The notes below the pieces were generated by a model. That model ran no database searches, was not told the DNA's origin, and saw only the letters and a program-made list of their open reading frames with translations. Of a DNA stretch of 64,000 nucleotides, positions 1 through 11,536 are shown in pieces. Made by a program: the position numbers and the translations under genes. The stretch comes from Squalus acanthias. Lineage: Eukaryota. Every line of letters begins with the position of its first letter. The first letter of the stretch is position 1. The stretch is from assembly GCA_030390025.1 (NCBI GenBank), contig CM059431.1, forward strand, positions 107,138,001 to 107,202,000, written 5' to 3'.

Positions 1-120
1 TGAATTGTTTAGAGGCATCCTTACAGTGCAATCCCCCCCACCCAGCTTTTCAGAATTATTTTCATCTGTTGCAAGCTCCATAACTTTGCTAGGTCACAGA
101 CTACAACACAAAGACCAGGA

Positions 121-842
121 TTGGGTGTCCTCGTGCAATAAACACAGAAAGCTAGCATGCAGGTACAGCAAGCAATAAGGAAGGCAAATGGCATGTTGGC
201 CTTTATTGCAAGGGGGTTGGAGTATAAGAGTAAGGAAGTCTTGCTACAATTGTACAGGGCCTTGGTGCGACCACACCTGGAGTACTGTGCACAGTTTTGG
301 TCTCCTTATCTAAGGAAGGATATACTTGCCTTGGAGGCAGTGCAACAAAGGTTCACTAGATTGATTCCTGGGATGAGAGGGCTGTAATATGATGAGAAAT
401 TGTGTAGAATGGGCCTATACTCTCTGGAGTTTAGAAGAATGAGAGGTGATCGCATTGAAACGTACAAGATTCTGAAGGGGATTGACAGGGTAGATGCTGA
501 GAGGTTGTTTCCTCTGGCTGGAGTGTCTAGAACTAGGGGACATAGTCTCAGGATAACAGGTAGGCCATTTAAGACTGAGATGAAGAGTAATTTCTTCACT
601 CAGAGGGTTGTGAATCTTTGGAATTCTCTGTCCCAGAGGGCTGTGAATGCTGAGTCTTTAAGTATATTCAAGGCTGAGATAGATAGATTTTTGGACTCTA
701 GGGGAATCAAGGGATATGGAGATCGGGCGGGAAAGTGGAGTTGAGGTTGATGATCAGCCATGATCATATTGAATGGCGGAGCAGGCTCGAGGGGCCGTAT
801 GGCCTACTCCTGCTCCTATTTCTTATGTTCTTATGTTCTTAT
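121..842 (+). mobile_element. CR1 LINE 3' fragment (RT C-terminus, 3'UTR, (ATGTTCTT)n tail)
   Basis: ORFs 157-387 and 400-744 carry CR1 motifs LYRALVRPHLEYC, RRMRGD and FFTQRVVNLWNSL; ends in an 8-bp tandem tail. Confidence 0.93.
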
Positions 843-906
843 TACAAAAGTAGAGAAGTTATGCTGAACCTTTATAAAGCGCTGGTTAGGCCACAACTGG
901 AGTATT

Positions 907-1213
907 GGGCAACACGGTGGATAGTGGTTAGCACTGTTGCCTCACAGCGCCAGGGACCCGGGTTCAAATCCGGCCCCGGGTGACTGTCTGTGTGGAGTTT
1001 GCACATTCTCCCCGTGTCTGCGTGGGTTTCCTCCGCGTCCTCCGGTTTCCTCCCACAGTCCAAAGATATGCGGGTTAGGTTGAGTTGGCTATGATAAATT
1101 GACCCTTAGTGTTAGGGGGATTAAATACGTGGGGGTACGGGGATAGGGTGGGATATGTGTCGGTGCAGGCTCGATGGGCCGAAATGGCTTCTATCTGCAC
1201 TGTGGAGATTCTG
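907..1213 (+). mobile_element. tRNA-derived V-SINE (HE1-like)
   Basis: A/B-box head (gtggatagtggttagc; gggttcaaatcc), V-domain tgtgtggagtttgcacattctccccgtgtctgcgtgggtttcctcc, CR1-like 3' end. Confidence 0.85.
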
Positions 1214-1896
1214 TGTGATTTTGTCAATGGGAAACTTTTGGAGGCGGGACTGCTGCTTGCCGGCTTTCAATCCCGCCTCCATCAGCTTCTGACCAACCAA
1301 TGGGATTTTCCCCACCCAGCGGCTCAGCAGACCAATTAGGGGGCCATCTGTCAAGATTTTTTGAAAGAAGAAATGTCAGTGTTTGACAGCTCTGTGAAGT
1401 TTGAGCCTCTGTGTTCAGGACTCATCAAACCTTTCAACTTTGCTGAAATCACCTGGCTGTTGCTTCGGAGGATCCAACAGCCAGTCTGTGAAATCTACAA
1501 TAAAGATGTCGGGACTCCGGATCCACAGCGGCTGAAAGCTATAGGCAGAAACAAAGGTAAGTGAACATTTTATAACACTTAACACTCACCTTACGTACTT
1601 ACCACTCCACATTTGCATCCATCACTCACCTCTACATCTCACTTTCAGACCCCGCAGACCCCCGCAGACCTCCTTCTTGACTCCTACACCCTGGCGGGGT
1701 TCTCCGAGGTCGGGAAGCCTGTACCTCGGAGCTAAAAATAGGATATAATCCCTTCCCCGCCTCGAGGAGACGGTCAGGACGGCTTCCCACCACCTGGCAA
1801 AAGGGCAAGGGTTTGCCACCTGACCCCAAATTCTGCAACTTTGCCGGCAGTCCCGCCTCCATACCCCCCCTCCTCGGGGCTGACAAAATCCAGTCC
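1214..1896. mobile_element. Harbinger-type MITE, left end interrupted by the SINE
   Basis: Colinear with 24733-25513; right TIR aaaatccagtcc; ATT duplicated at 904-906 and 1897-1899. Confidence 0.7.
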
Positions 1897-2430
1897 ATTG
1901 TGTCCAGTTCTCGTCACCAAACTTTAGGAAGGATGTGAAGGCCCTTGAGAGGGTGCACAGGAGATTTACCAGAATGGTTCCGGGGATGGGGGATCTTAGC
2001 TGCAAGGACAGGTTGAGAAGCTGGATTTGTTTTCATTAGAGCAAAGGAGGTTGCGGGGTGATTTGATAGAGGTGTACAAGATTATGACAGTTTTGGATAG
2101 GCTAGACAGGGAAAGGCTGTTCCCACTAGTTGATGGTACAAGGACTAGGGGACACAGATTTAAGGTTTTGGGCAAGAGATGCAGGGGGGATGTGAGGAAA
2201 AACTTTTTTACGCAGCGAGTGGGGAGGACCTGGAACTCACTGCCGACGGAAGTGGTGGAAACGGAGACACTCAATGTTTTCAAGGGGAGACTGGATAGGC
2301 ACTTGAGGGAAATAAACTTGCAGGGCTACGGGGATAGAGTGGGGGAATGGGACTGACTGGATTGCTCCACAGAGAGCCGGCACAAACTCGATGAGCCGAA
2401 TGGCCTCCTTCTGTGCCGTTATGACTCTAT

Positions 2431-3305
2431 GGGGGAGAAATTCAGTATCACCCCATTTGGGGCGCAATTATCGGCTGTGCACAAAGATTAGCGCCTGGTG
2501 CTAATTATCGCCTCCGACTGCAAACTTGGCTTTTATCGCCCCTGGAGGTGATTGGAGCGCTAAATCAGGCGCTTCACAACTGTCTTAAGGTGCAAAGGCC
2601 GAGGAGCGAAGCGCTACCTCAGAGCGCTGGCGAAGCTCCAGTGATGTCAGTCAGCAATGGAACACAGACACAATGGCGCCGGCCAGTTCTTAGAGGGGAG
2701 GGTTGATCTTGCTCTCCATCCACATCCTGCTCATTGCAGCCTTGAATCTCGGCCTGGAGAGACCTGTACATCAAATCTGCTGGAAAGAACAATGGAGAGG
2801 CCCAGGGAAAGAGCTTAGAGTGCAGCCCCCATAGTCTCTTCTAAATCGATACAAGGAAGGGCAAATCAAAATGAACCTGCAAAGTGCTGCTCAGTACCCA
2901 AAACTCCTTCACACAGCGTTGAATCTCTCCAGAAGTCTTCTCTCTCTCTCAGAATGCGTGGTGCAAAAATGTCACCAACAAAAAAAGGCAGGAAACGTTC
3001 GCCTTTAAATAGCGCTCCCCCAGTCCCTTCCTGACTGAAAAACGCTCCCTTCAACATGTCGTTGCTAGCGGCAGGCGGTAAGGCCGTGGATACCACTCAA
3101 TATCCGGTCCGGAGCACTACCGGGGCGTTGCGCACTCAACTGACGTCACGATCTGCCGGCGCAGGAGATCGTGGTGGTAGTGTTTAGCGCCAAAGCAATT
3201 GTGATCGGCGCAAACATTGCTGCGCCCGGGCGCTAGTTGCTTTGCGCCCTATTAGCGCCCTCTTAAGGCGCTAACGGGAGGCACAACCAACTGAATTTTT
3301 CCCCC
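2431..3305. mobile_element. Non-autonomous Harbinger deletion derivative
   Basis: TIRs gggggagaaattcag / ctgaatttttccccc; 5' half resembles 50640-50920, including a Myb-gene start (ATG 2792, MERPRERA). Confidence 0.72.
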
Positions 3306-3437
3306 TCTGATTGCAAAATAAGAGCATGAAAATGCCACTGTAGAATAAAGAACAGTAACACCACAGTTACAACATTTCTGCCTGTAACTGAGTCCAAAAC
3401 CACCTTCTCCTACACTTTCATATTCAGTTCTTCAATA

Positions 3438-3650
3438 TTGGCCCTGAATTTCCGATTGGAGGCTTCCTGTGTGTGGATGCCTCCGATCGGAAAAAAATCT
3501 GCGAACTTACCTGCTGGTTCCGTAGATCCCGAGGCTTGCGATCCAGGCCCTCTCCTCTTCGAAATGCGCAGAGGCCCAGATATCCCAGGGGTGCATGCGG
3601 TTCGCAAGCGGGACACACCTCATACGCACCCGTGGGGGTCGGAAAATCCA
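3438..3650. mobile_element. Partial Harbinger-type MITE (related to 35517-36192)
   Basis: ggccctgaatttccgattggaggcttcctg...gcctccgatcgg hairpin shared with the 35517 copy. Confidence 0.6.
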
Positions 3651-3654
3651 ATAG

Positions 3655-4402
3655 GATACTGAGAAGTAGAGGAACAGAGAGACCTTGGAGTGCGTATCCA
3701 CAGATCCCTAAAGGTAGCAGGACAGGTAGATAAGGCAGTTAAGAAGGCATACGGGATACTTTCCCTTATTAGCCGAGGCATAGAATACAAGACCAGGGCA
3801 GTTATGCTTGAACTATATAAAACAATAGTTAGGCCACAGCTAGAATACTGCGTTCAGTTCTAGTCACCACATTACAGGAAAGATGTGATTGCCCTAGAGA
3901 GGATACAGAGGAGATTTACGAGGATGTTGCCGGGACTGGAGAATTTTAGCTATGAGGAAAGATTGGATAGGTTGGCTTTGTTTTCTTTGGAACAGAGGAA
4001 GCTGAGGGGAGACTTGATTGAGGTATATAAAATTATGAGGGTCCTAGATAGAGTGGATAGGAAGGACCTATTTCCCTTAGCAGAGAGGTCAATAACCAGG
4101 GGCATAGATTTAAAGTAATTGGTAGAAGGATTAGAGGGGAGTTGAGGAGAACTTTTTTCACCCAGAGGGTGGTGGGGGTCTGGAACGCACTGCCTGAAAG
4201 GGTGGTAGAGGCAGAAACCCACATTGCATTTAAAAGGTACTTGGATATGCACTTGAAGTGCCGTAACCTACAAGACTACGGACCAAGAGCTGGAAATTGG
4301 GATTAGGCTGGATAGCACTTTTTAGGCCGGCACAGAGATGGTGTGCCAAATGGCCTCCTTCTGTGCTGTAAATTTCTATGATTCTATGATTTTATGATTC
4401 TA
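3655..4402 (+). mobile_element. CR1 3' fragment, (ATTCTATG)n tail
   Basis: ORF 3885-4118 (ALERIQRRFTRMLPGL...LRGDLIEVYKI); tandem tail. Confidence 0.9.
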
Positions 4403-4709
4403 TTGCCATCATATTCTGGGTTCCTGCTCTATTGTAACCAATGACGTATAAATACTGTGCACAATGTTAACATAAGAACATAAGAACATAAGAAATAGGA
4501 GCAGGAGTAGGCCAATCGGCCCCTCGAGCCTGCTCCGCCATTCAATAAGATCATGGCTGATCTGATCCTAACCGCCAATCTACTATCTATCACAGAACCA
4601 TCTCCTGCATCTAACAGAATTGCACACACGAAATAGGAGCAGAATCAGGCTACACAGTCCCTGGGCCCGCTCCACTACCCACAGGGCCATGACCGATCCG
4701 AACCTAGAC

Positions 4710-7661
4710 TCATGTCCAAATTCCTGCCCGCTCCCCGTAACCCTTAATGCCCTTTACTTCTAGGAAACTGTCTATTTCTGTTTTAAATTTAATTAATGTT
4801 GTAGCTTCTACAGCTTTTTGTGGCAGCATATTCCATGGACCTACCACCCTCTGAGTGAAGTAGTTCCTCCTCATCTCAGTTTTGAAAGAGCAGCCCCTTA
4901 TTCTAAGACTATGTCCCCTAGTTCTCGTCTCACCCGTCATCGGGAACATCCTCCCCGCATCCACCCGATCCAACCCCTTCACAATCTTATATGTTTCAAT
5001 AAGATCGCCTCTCATTCTTCTGAACTCCAATGAGTAGAGTCCCAATCTACCCAACCTCTCCTCATATGACCACCCCCTCATCCCCGGGATTAACCGAGTG
5101 AACCTTTTTTGCACTGCCTCGAGAGCAAGGATGTCTTTCCTTAAGTAAGGACACCAAAACTGTATGCAGTATTCCAGGTGCGGTCTCACCAATACCTTGT
5201 ACAACTGAAGCAATACCTCCCTATTTTTATATTCTATCCCCCTAGCAATGAAAGCCAACATTCCATTTGCCTTCTTAATCACTTGCTGCACCTGCATACT
5301 AACCTTTTGAGTTTCGTGCACCAGGACCCCCAGATCCCTTTGCACTTCAGTACTCTCCAGTTTCTTGCCATTAAGATAATAAATTGCTCTAGGATTTTTC
5401 CTGCCAAAGTGCATCACCTCACACTTTCCAGTGTTGTATTCCATCTGCCAAATCTCTGCCCACTTACTTAGCCTGTCTATGTCCCCTTGCAGGTTTTTTA
5501 TGTCCTCCTCACTCACTACTTTCCCTCCCATCTTTGTATCATCTGCAAATTTTGATATGTTACACTTGGTCCCTTCCTCCAAATCGTTAATATAGATTGT
5601 GAAGAGTTGGGGACCCAGCACTGACCCCTGTGGAACACCACTAGTTACTGATTGCCAGTCTGAGAATGAACCATTTATCCCAACTCTTTGCTTTCTGTTA
5701 GATAGCCAATCCTCTATCCATGCCAGAATATTACCCCCAATCCCGTGATTTTTTACCTTAAGCAATAATCTTTTGTGTGGCACCTTGTCAAATGCCTTTT
5801 GGAAGTCTAAATACACTACGTCCACTGGTTCCCCTTTATCCACTCTATATGTTACTTCCTCAAAGAACTCCAGCAAATTTGTCAAACATGACTTCCCCTT
5901 CGTAAAACCATGCTGACTTTGTCCTATTAAATTATGATTATCCAAATGTCCTGTTACTGTTTCCTTAATAATGGACTCCAAAATTTTACCTACCACAGAT
6001 GTTAGGCTAACCGGTCTATAGTTACCAGCCTTCTGTCTACTGCCCTTTTTAAATAAGGGTGTTACATTAGCAGTTTTCCAGTCTGCCGGGACCTTAGCAG
6101 AATCCAGGGAGTTTTGAAAAATTATTACCAATGCATCTACAATCCCTACCGCCACTTCCTTCAAGACTCTAGGATGTAAGCCATCAGGTCCAGGTGATTT
6201 ATCCGCCTTGAGTCCCATTATTTTACCGAGTACCACTTCCTTAGTGATTTTGATCGTGTTTAGCTCCTCTCCCCCTATAGCCCCCTGTTTGTCCAGTGTT
6301 GGGATATTCTTAGTGTCCTCTACTGTAAAGACTGATACAAAATATTCATTCAGTGTTTTTGCCATCTCCATATTTCCCACCATTAATTTCCCGGTCTCAT
6401 CCTCTAAGGGACCAACATTTACTTTAGCCACCCTTTTTCTTTTTATATAACTATAAAAACTCTTACTATCTGTTTTTATATTTTTTGCTAATTTACTTTC
6501 ATAATCTATCTTCCCTTTCTTAATCAATCTTTTTGTTATTTTTTGCTGCCTTTTAAAGTTTTCCCAATCCTCTGTCCTCCCACTAGATTTCGCTACCTTA
6601 TATGCCCTTGTTTTTAGTCGAATACTATCCTTAATTTCTTTACTTAGCCACGGATGACTGTCCTTTCTTTTACACCCTTTTCTTTTCAGTGGAATATATT
6701 TTTTTTGGAAGTTGTAAAATAACTCCTTGAATGTACACCACTGATCATGTGTCGTCTTACCCTTTAATCTATTTTCCCAATCCACTCTACTCAATTCCGC
6801 TCGCATACCTTCATAGTCTCCTTTATTCAAGCTTAGCACGCTTGTTTGAGATCCAACCTTCTCACCCTCTAATTGAATATGGAATTCAACCATGTTATGG
6901 TCACTCATTCCAAGGGGATCCTTTACTAGGACATTTTTAATTAATCCTGTCTCGTTACACAGGACCAGATCTAAGGTTGCTTGCCCCCTGGTCGGTTCAG
7001 TTACATACTGCTCAAGAAACCCATCCCTAATACACTCAATGAACTCATCCTCAAGGCAGCCCTGCCCCATTTGATTTGTCCAATTAATATGATAGTTAAA
7101 ATCCCCCATAATTATAGATGTTCCCTTATTACATGCCTCAACTATTTCCTGATTGATACTCCGTCCAATAGAGTTGCAACTGTTCGGAGGCCTATAGACT
7201 ACGCCCACTAATGTTTTTTTCCCCTTATTATTCCTTATCTCCACCCAAACTGTTTCATTATCATGATTTTTTGACCCAATATCATTACTCTGTATTACAG
7301 TGATTCCTTCCTTTATTAACATAGCCACCCCACCTCCCCTTCCTTCCTGCCTGTCCTTCCTGATCGTTAAATAACCTGGTATGTTTAATTCCCAGGCATT
7401 GTCACCCTGCAGCCATGTTTCTGTAATGGCCACAATATCATAACCATATGTAGTTATTTGTGCCATTAACTCGTCTGTTTTGTTACGAATGCTACGTGCA
7501 TTCAGATAGAGAACTTTCAAATATGCTTTGTGGCACTTAGTTCCTGCTTTTTCACTTTTTACCAGTTTACCTTTTACTCCACACACTCTGTCCCTTCCTG
7601 CCACGCTCTGATTTGTGATTCCCCTACTGCTACCTATGTCTATGATCCTCTCTGTTGTCAT
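4710..7661 (-). CDS. CR1 ORF2: apurinic-type endonuclease + reverse transcriptase (983 aa)
   Basis: LNARS, ITETWL, VYRPP, MGDFN, SDH (APE); YLDFQKAFD, GVPQGSVLGP, FADD (RT); no stops. Confidence 0.97.
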   Translation of the reverse strand: MTTERIIDIGSSRGITNQSVAGRDRVCGVKGKLVKSEKAGTKCHKAYLKVLYLNARSIRNKTDELMAQITTYGYDIVAITETWLQGDNAWELNIPGYLTIRKDRQEGRGGGVAMLIKEGITVIQSNDIGSKNHDNETVWVEIRNNKGKKTLVGVVYRPPNSCNSIGRSINQEIVEACNKGTSIIMGDFNYHINWTNQMGQGCLEDEFIECIRDGFLEQYVTEPTRGQATLDLVLCNETGLIKNVLVKDPLGMSDHNMVEFHIQLEGEKVGSQTSVLSLNKGDYEGMRAELSRVDWENRLKGKTTHDQWCTFKELFYNFQKKYIPLKRKGCKRKDSHPWLSKEIKDSIRLKTRAYKVAKSSGRTEDWENFKRQQKITKRLIKKGKIDYESKLAKNIKTDSKSFYSYIKRKRVAKVNVGPLEDETGKLMVGNMEMAKTLNEYFVSVFTVEDTKNIPTLDKQGAIGGEELNTIKITKEVVLGKIMGLKADKSPGPDGLHPRVLKEVAVGIVDALVIIFQNSLDSAKVPADWKTANVTPLFKKGSRQKAGNYRPVSLTSVVGKILESIIKETVTGHLDNHNLIGQSQHGFTKGKSCLTNLLEFFEEVTYRVDKGEPVDVVYLDFQKAFDKVPHKRLLLKVKNHGIGGNILAWIEDWLSNRKQRVGINGSFSDWQSVTSGVPQGSVLGPQLFTIYINDLEEGTKCNISKFADDTKMGGKVVSEEDIKNLQGDIDRLSKWAEIWQMEYNTGKCEVMHFGRKNPRAIYYLNGKKLESTEVQRDLGVLVHETQKVSMQVQQVIKKANGMLAFIARGIEYKNREVLLQLYKVLVRPHLEYCIQFWCPYLRKDILALEAVQKRFTRLIPGMRGWSYEERLGRLGLYSLEFRRMRGDLIETYKIVKGLDRVDAGRMFPMTGETRTRGHSLRIRGCSFKTEMRRNYFTQRVVGPWNMLPQKAVEATTLIKFKTEIDSFLEVKGIKGYGERAGIWT

Positions 7662-7699
7662 TTTTATTTTTTGCTCTCTTGAAACCTCCCCCCCACTAA

Positions 7700-8656
7700 T
7701 TAGTTTAAAGCCCTCTCCACAGCCCTAGTTATTCGATTCGCCAGGACACTAGTCCCAGCACTGGCCAAGTGAAGTCCGTCCCAACGGAACAGCTCTCTCC
7801 TGCCCCAGTACTGGTGCCAGTGTCCCAAGAAGCAAAACCCATTTTTCCCACACCAGTCTTTGAGCCACGCATTCAACTCCCTGATTTTATTTACCCTAGC
7901 CAAATTTGCTCGTGGCTCAGGTAGTAATCCAGAGATTATTACCCTCGAGGTTCTGCTTTTTAATTTGGCCCCTAGCTGCTCAAACTCCCTCAGCAGAACC
8001 TCTTTCCTTGTCCTATCTATGTCATTGGTACCAACATGGACCACGACAACTGGATCCTCCCCCTCCCACTCCAAGTTTCTCTCCAGCCCAGAGGAGATGT
8101 CCTTAACCCTGGCACCGGGCAGGCAACACAGCCTTCGGGACTCTCGCTCTTGGCTGCAAAGAACCCTATCTATCCCCCTAATGATACTATCCCCTACCAC
8201 TACAACATTTCTTTTTACTCCCCCCACTTGAATGGCCCCCCTTACCACGGTGCTGTGGCCAGGTTGCTCATCCTCCCTGCAGTCCCCGCTCCTATCCACA
8301 CAGGGAGTAAGAGCCTCGAACCTGTTGGACAAGAGCAAGGGCTGCGGCTCCTCCAACACTACCTCCTGGATCCCTGTACCTGCCTCACTCGTAGTCACAC
8401 CTTCCTGTCCCTGACCACGGGCTACTTCTGAATTAGTTACTCTAATTGGTGTGACTACCTCCTGAAACACGGAGTCCAGGTAACTCTCCCCCTCCCTGAT
8501 GTGTCGCAGTGTTTGAAGCTCGGACTCCAGCTCATCAACACGGAGCCGGAGTTCCTCGAGCAGCCAACACTTACTGCAAATGTGTTCACCGTGAACATCA
8601 ATGGTGTCCACCAGCTCCCACATATTGCAGCAGTAACACATCACCTGCTCTCCCAT
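7700..8656 (-). CDS. CR1 ORF1: Cys4 zinc finger, coiled coil, SGNH esterase (318 aa)
   Basis: CxxC...CxxC, leucine heptads, GDSIIR, VHVGTND, DGLHL. Confidence 0.93.
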   Translation of the reverse strand: MGEQVMCYCCNMWELVDTIDVHGEHICSKCWLLEELRLRVDELESELQTLRHIREGESYLDSVFQEVVTPIRVTNSEVARGQGQEGVTTSEAGTGIQEVVLEEPQPLLLSNRFEALTPCVDRSGDCREDEQPGHSTVVRGAIQVGGVKRNVVVVGDSIIRGIDRVLCSQERESRRLCCLPGARVKDISSGLERNLEWEGEDPVVVVHVGTNDIDRTRKEVLLREFEQLGAKLKSRTSRVIISGLLPEPRANLARVNKIRELNAWLKDWCGKNGFCFLGHWHQYWGRRELFRWDGLHLASAGTSVLANRITRAVERALN

Positions 8657-10834
8657 TCTATGTAATTAATTAAAAATGTATTATTTACCCTTCAGTTAAT
8701 TTATGCCAGCAGTCTCTGCTACACCACAGATACCCGAGAAACAATAAAATTGAAGTTTTGTATTAAAAAATAGAGAAATACTCACCAACCAATCACTTAC
8801 CTGCTTTCTGGTGACGTCACACTTCGATTATTTTTTACCTCTCTCCTGCTCTCGGCTTGGTGAAAGCCTACCTGGTCGCTGCCGCCTTTTACCGCCGCCG
8901 CTGTTGCTCCATCTGTTGTTCAGATTAAATGCTGCCCATTTTTCTCCTATATTATGCGATGGGCAAATGGTGCCAGGCTGAGTTGGTATGGTGCTGCCTC
9001 TTCGTACTTGTGTTTTGTTTCAGATGCGTGACTCCTAATGCTCCCACTCCTCAGTGATTCCATTGTGGAAGGAGCAAATGTGTCGGCTTGCTGCATGCTT
9101 TCACTGGCAGCTTGTTGGGGGTCTGTTGGCCCCAGACCTTCCTGGGATATACAGTGTGAGGTCGTGCATGTGAGTTAGCAATATCTGGGAACATAATAGC
9201 TGACTGGTGTTGCATGCTTTAAGCTACTAAATCCTATTCCTGGTGCAACAGGCACTGATTTGGGGGTAGAGGGTGGCTATTAGTCCCATAAATAGGTGCC
9301 ATTTCTTCCTGAGTCCTTAGAGGAGATCTTAAAGTGCCTGGCCTGTAAAACTGTCTTCCTTCACTCAATAATACCCAGTGATTTTGTTGGGTAACAGTGG
9401 CTTTGCTTCCCAGTTTCAGGTACCTAACTGACTCGGTATTGCAGCTCACGGCTGATTTAGAGGATTAGTGGCATCACCTGTTTACCTGGTTGACCAACTG
9501 TGTGGGAGAGGAAGTGTACATTTAAGCTCAGGAACTGATAAGAGTGAGATTGTGGATAAACCAGCAGGATTAACTCCTCCTTGAAGAGTGACCCTGCAGG
9601 CATAGTGCACAAGCAGCAATGTCCAGGATAAGTTTGGACAATGTGCACAGTCTTCTTCATTTCTGATCACCTCTATTGAACTTTATAAAACACTCAGAAA
9701 GGCAGCTCTGAACAATGGCTGTGCAGTAAAAGAGGGAACGCTTTTCAAAATTCAAGCTGTCGGGTCTTTGATTTTAGATGGCCGAGAAATTCAGTAATGC
9801 ACTAAAATGCGCATTGTGGGAGCGAGGTACTAATAATCTGCGTTAGTTGTTCGCCTAGATGTCCCCACGGGCTTCTTAAATCGCCTGAGGCCAAAATATT
9901 TCTGGCAGCTGTCAACCTTCACTGCCACTGGTAGCATTGTGCCTGCCTAGAGTTTAGCTGCACGCTGTCCTGAAGTACGTTGCACAACTTCACTGCGCCC
10001 TTGGAGAATTGGATACCTCCACAAACACGCTGCTCCTCTGCGAGATGAAGATCATTTCATGGCCGATATATTCACTTGGCAGGGCAGTGGCAGTTGGACG
10101 CTCTCCTCCTGCAGTGATGCTACACTTCCCTGGCATCCCAACATTTTTCCTTCCTCTTCCGTTTCTGCCAGGTAACACATGTAAAATGGGATTCCAAATG
10201 GGATACCCGTGGTGCCGTGTAACTCTGCAGTTCTACTTAAAGTCTCGTGGATACAGTGCAGCGCTGTTGTAATGACAAACTAACTGCCCCAAAAAGTCAA
10301 TTTGATAATCACCTTCCAAATTGGGGTCTGTCTCTTTGAAGCACTGAGAATGCTTAATTTGCAAGGGGGGTCACTGGCACCTGACCTGAGAATGCACACT
10401 ACTTGAGGCCAGTGTAAGGGGAGGAAATAGACATGGAGGCCAGAATGACATCCCTTCCACAACTTAACTTACATTGCAACAACTGCAGCAAGCTCAAAAC
10501 ATGACCGGAAATCGCATTCAACGCACTGGGGGGTGGGGAGACGGACCACAACGGGCCTGCGATCCCTTTATCTTTTGCATAAACACCCCAGAAAAGGGTA
10601 CAAATAGGGCATTGTGCAGAAAGAAATTGCCCCCACCCACCACTGCATTTCATTTTGTGTAATAGTGGCCCCTAAATTCCACAGGAGGTCTGCCCGCTGT
10701 AACTTTGGCAGGAGACTGGCAGGACTCCCAGAGAAATTACGTAAACAGCCACTCGGCCACTTCTCTGAGGATTCTGCCAAAGTTACAGCAGTAGACCGGG
10801 GAAAACCCCTGTTCAGTTATGAGGTCAGTGGCTT

Positions 10835-11536
10835 TTGATGCAACCTTGGTGTCCTATTTGACCCTGCGATATGCTTCCGACCCCATAATCCGCTCCATCA
10901 CCAAGACCGCCTGCTTCCACCTGCATAACATCATCTGACTACGCCCCTGCCTCAGCAAATCTGCTGCTGAAACTCTCATCCATGCCTTTGTTACCTCGAG
11001 ACTTGACTAATCCAATTCTCTCTTGGTCGGCCTCTCACCTTGCACACTCCGTAAAATTGAGCTCATCCAAAACTCTGCTGCCTGTGTCCTAACTCGCATC
11101 AAGTCCTGTTCACCCATCACCCCTGTGCTCGCTGAACCCCCGGTCCAGCAATGCCTTGATTTTAAAATTCTCATCCTTGTTATCAAATTGCATCTCCCCT
11201 CCCTATCTCTGTAATCTCCTCCAGCCCTACATCCCTCCAAGATCTCTGCGCTCCTCTAATTCTGGCCTCTTGCGCATTTCCGATTTTAATTGCTCCACCA
11301 TTGGTGGCCGTGCCTTCAGCTGCTTAGACCCTGAGCTCCGAAGTTCCCTCCCTAAACCTCTCTGCCTCTCTCTCCTCATTTAAGGTGCTCCTTAAAACCA
11401 ACCTCCTTGTCACCTGTCCTAATATCTCCTTATGTGGCTCGGTGTCAAATTTTGGTTGATAATCGCTCCTGTGAAACGCCTTGGGACGTTTTACTACATT
11501 AAAGGCGCTCTATAAAAATGCAAGTTATTGTTGTTT
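10835..11536 (+). mobile_element. L2-type LINE 3' fragment
   Basis: IQNSAACVLT...SPITPVL, GGRAFS; tail tataaaaatgcaagttattgttgtt. Confidence 0.85.

Larger units (their letters stand above)
843..2430 (+). mobile_element. CR1 3' fragment split by a MITE+SINE insertion (CR1 at 843-906, resumes 1897)
   Basis: VRPQLEY|CVQF junction: gagtATT (906) ... ATTgtgtccagttc (1897); ORF 2027-2356 is a CR1 C-terminus; tail atgactctat. Confidence 0.85.
4468..8910 (-). mobile_element. Full-length CR1 LINE with intact ORF1 and ORF2
   Basis: Two long open ORFs, 5'UTR, 3'UTR stem-loop and (AACATAAG)n tail at 4468-4492; 5' boundary approximate. Confidence 0.95.

Noticed and set aside
907..985. tRNA gene
   Set aside because: A/B boxes run directly into a SINE body; no complete cloverleaf. 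The same applies to ~24600-24657 and 53500-53553/63656-63686
4818..8431. Multiple plus-strand ORFs of 60-130 aa
   Set aside because: Antisense shadows of CR1 ORF1/ORF2
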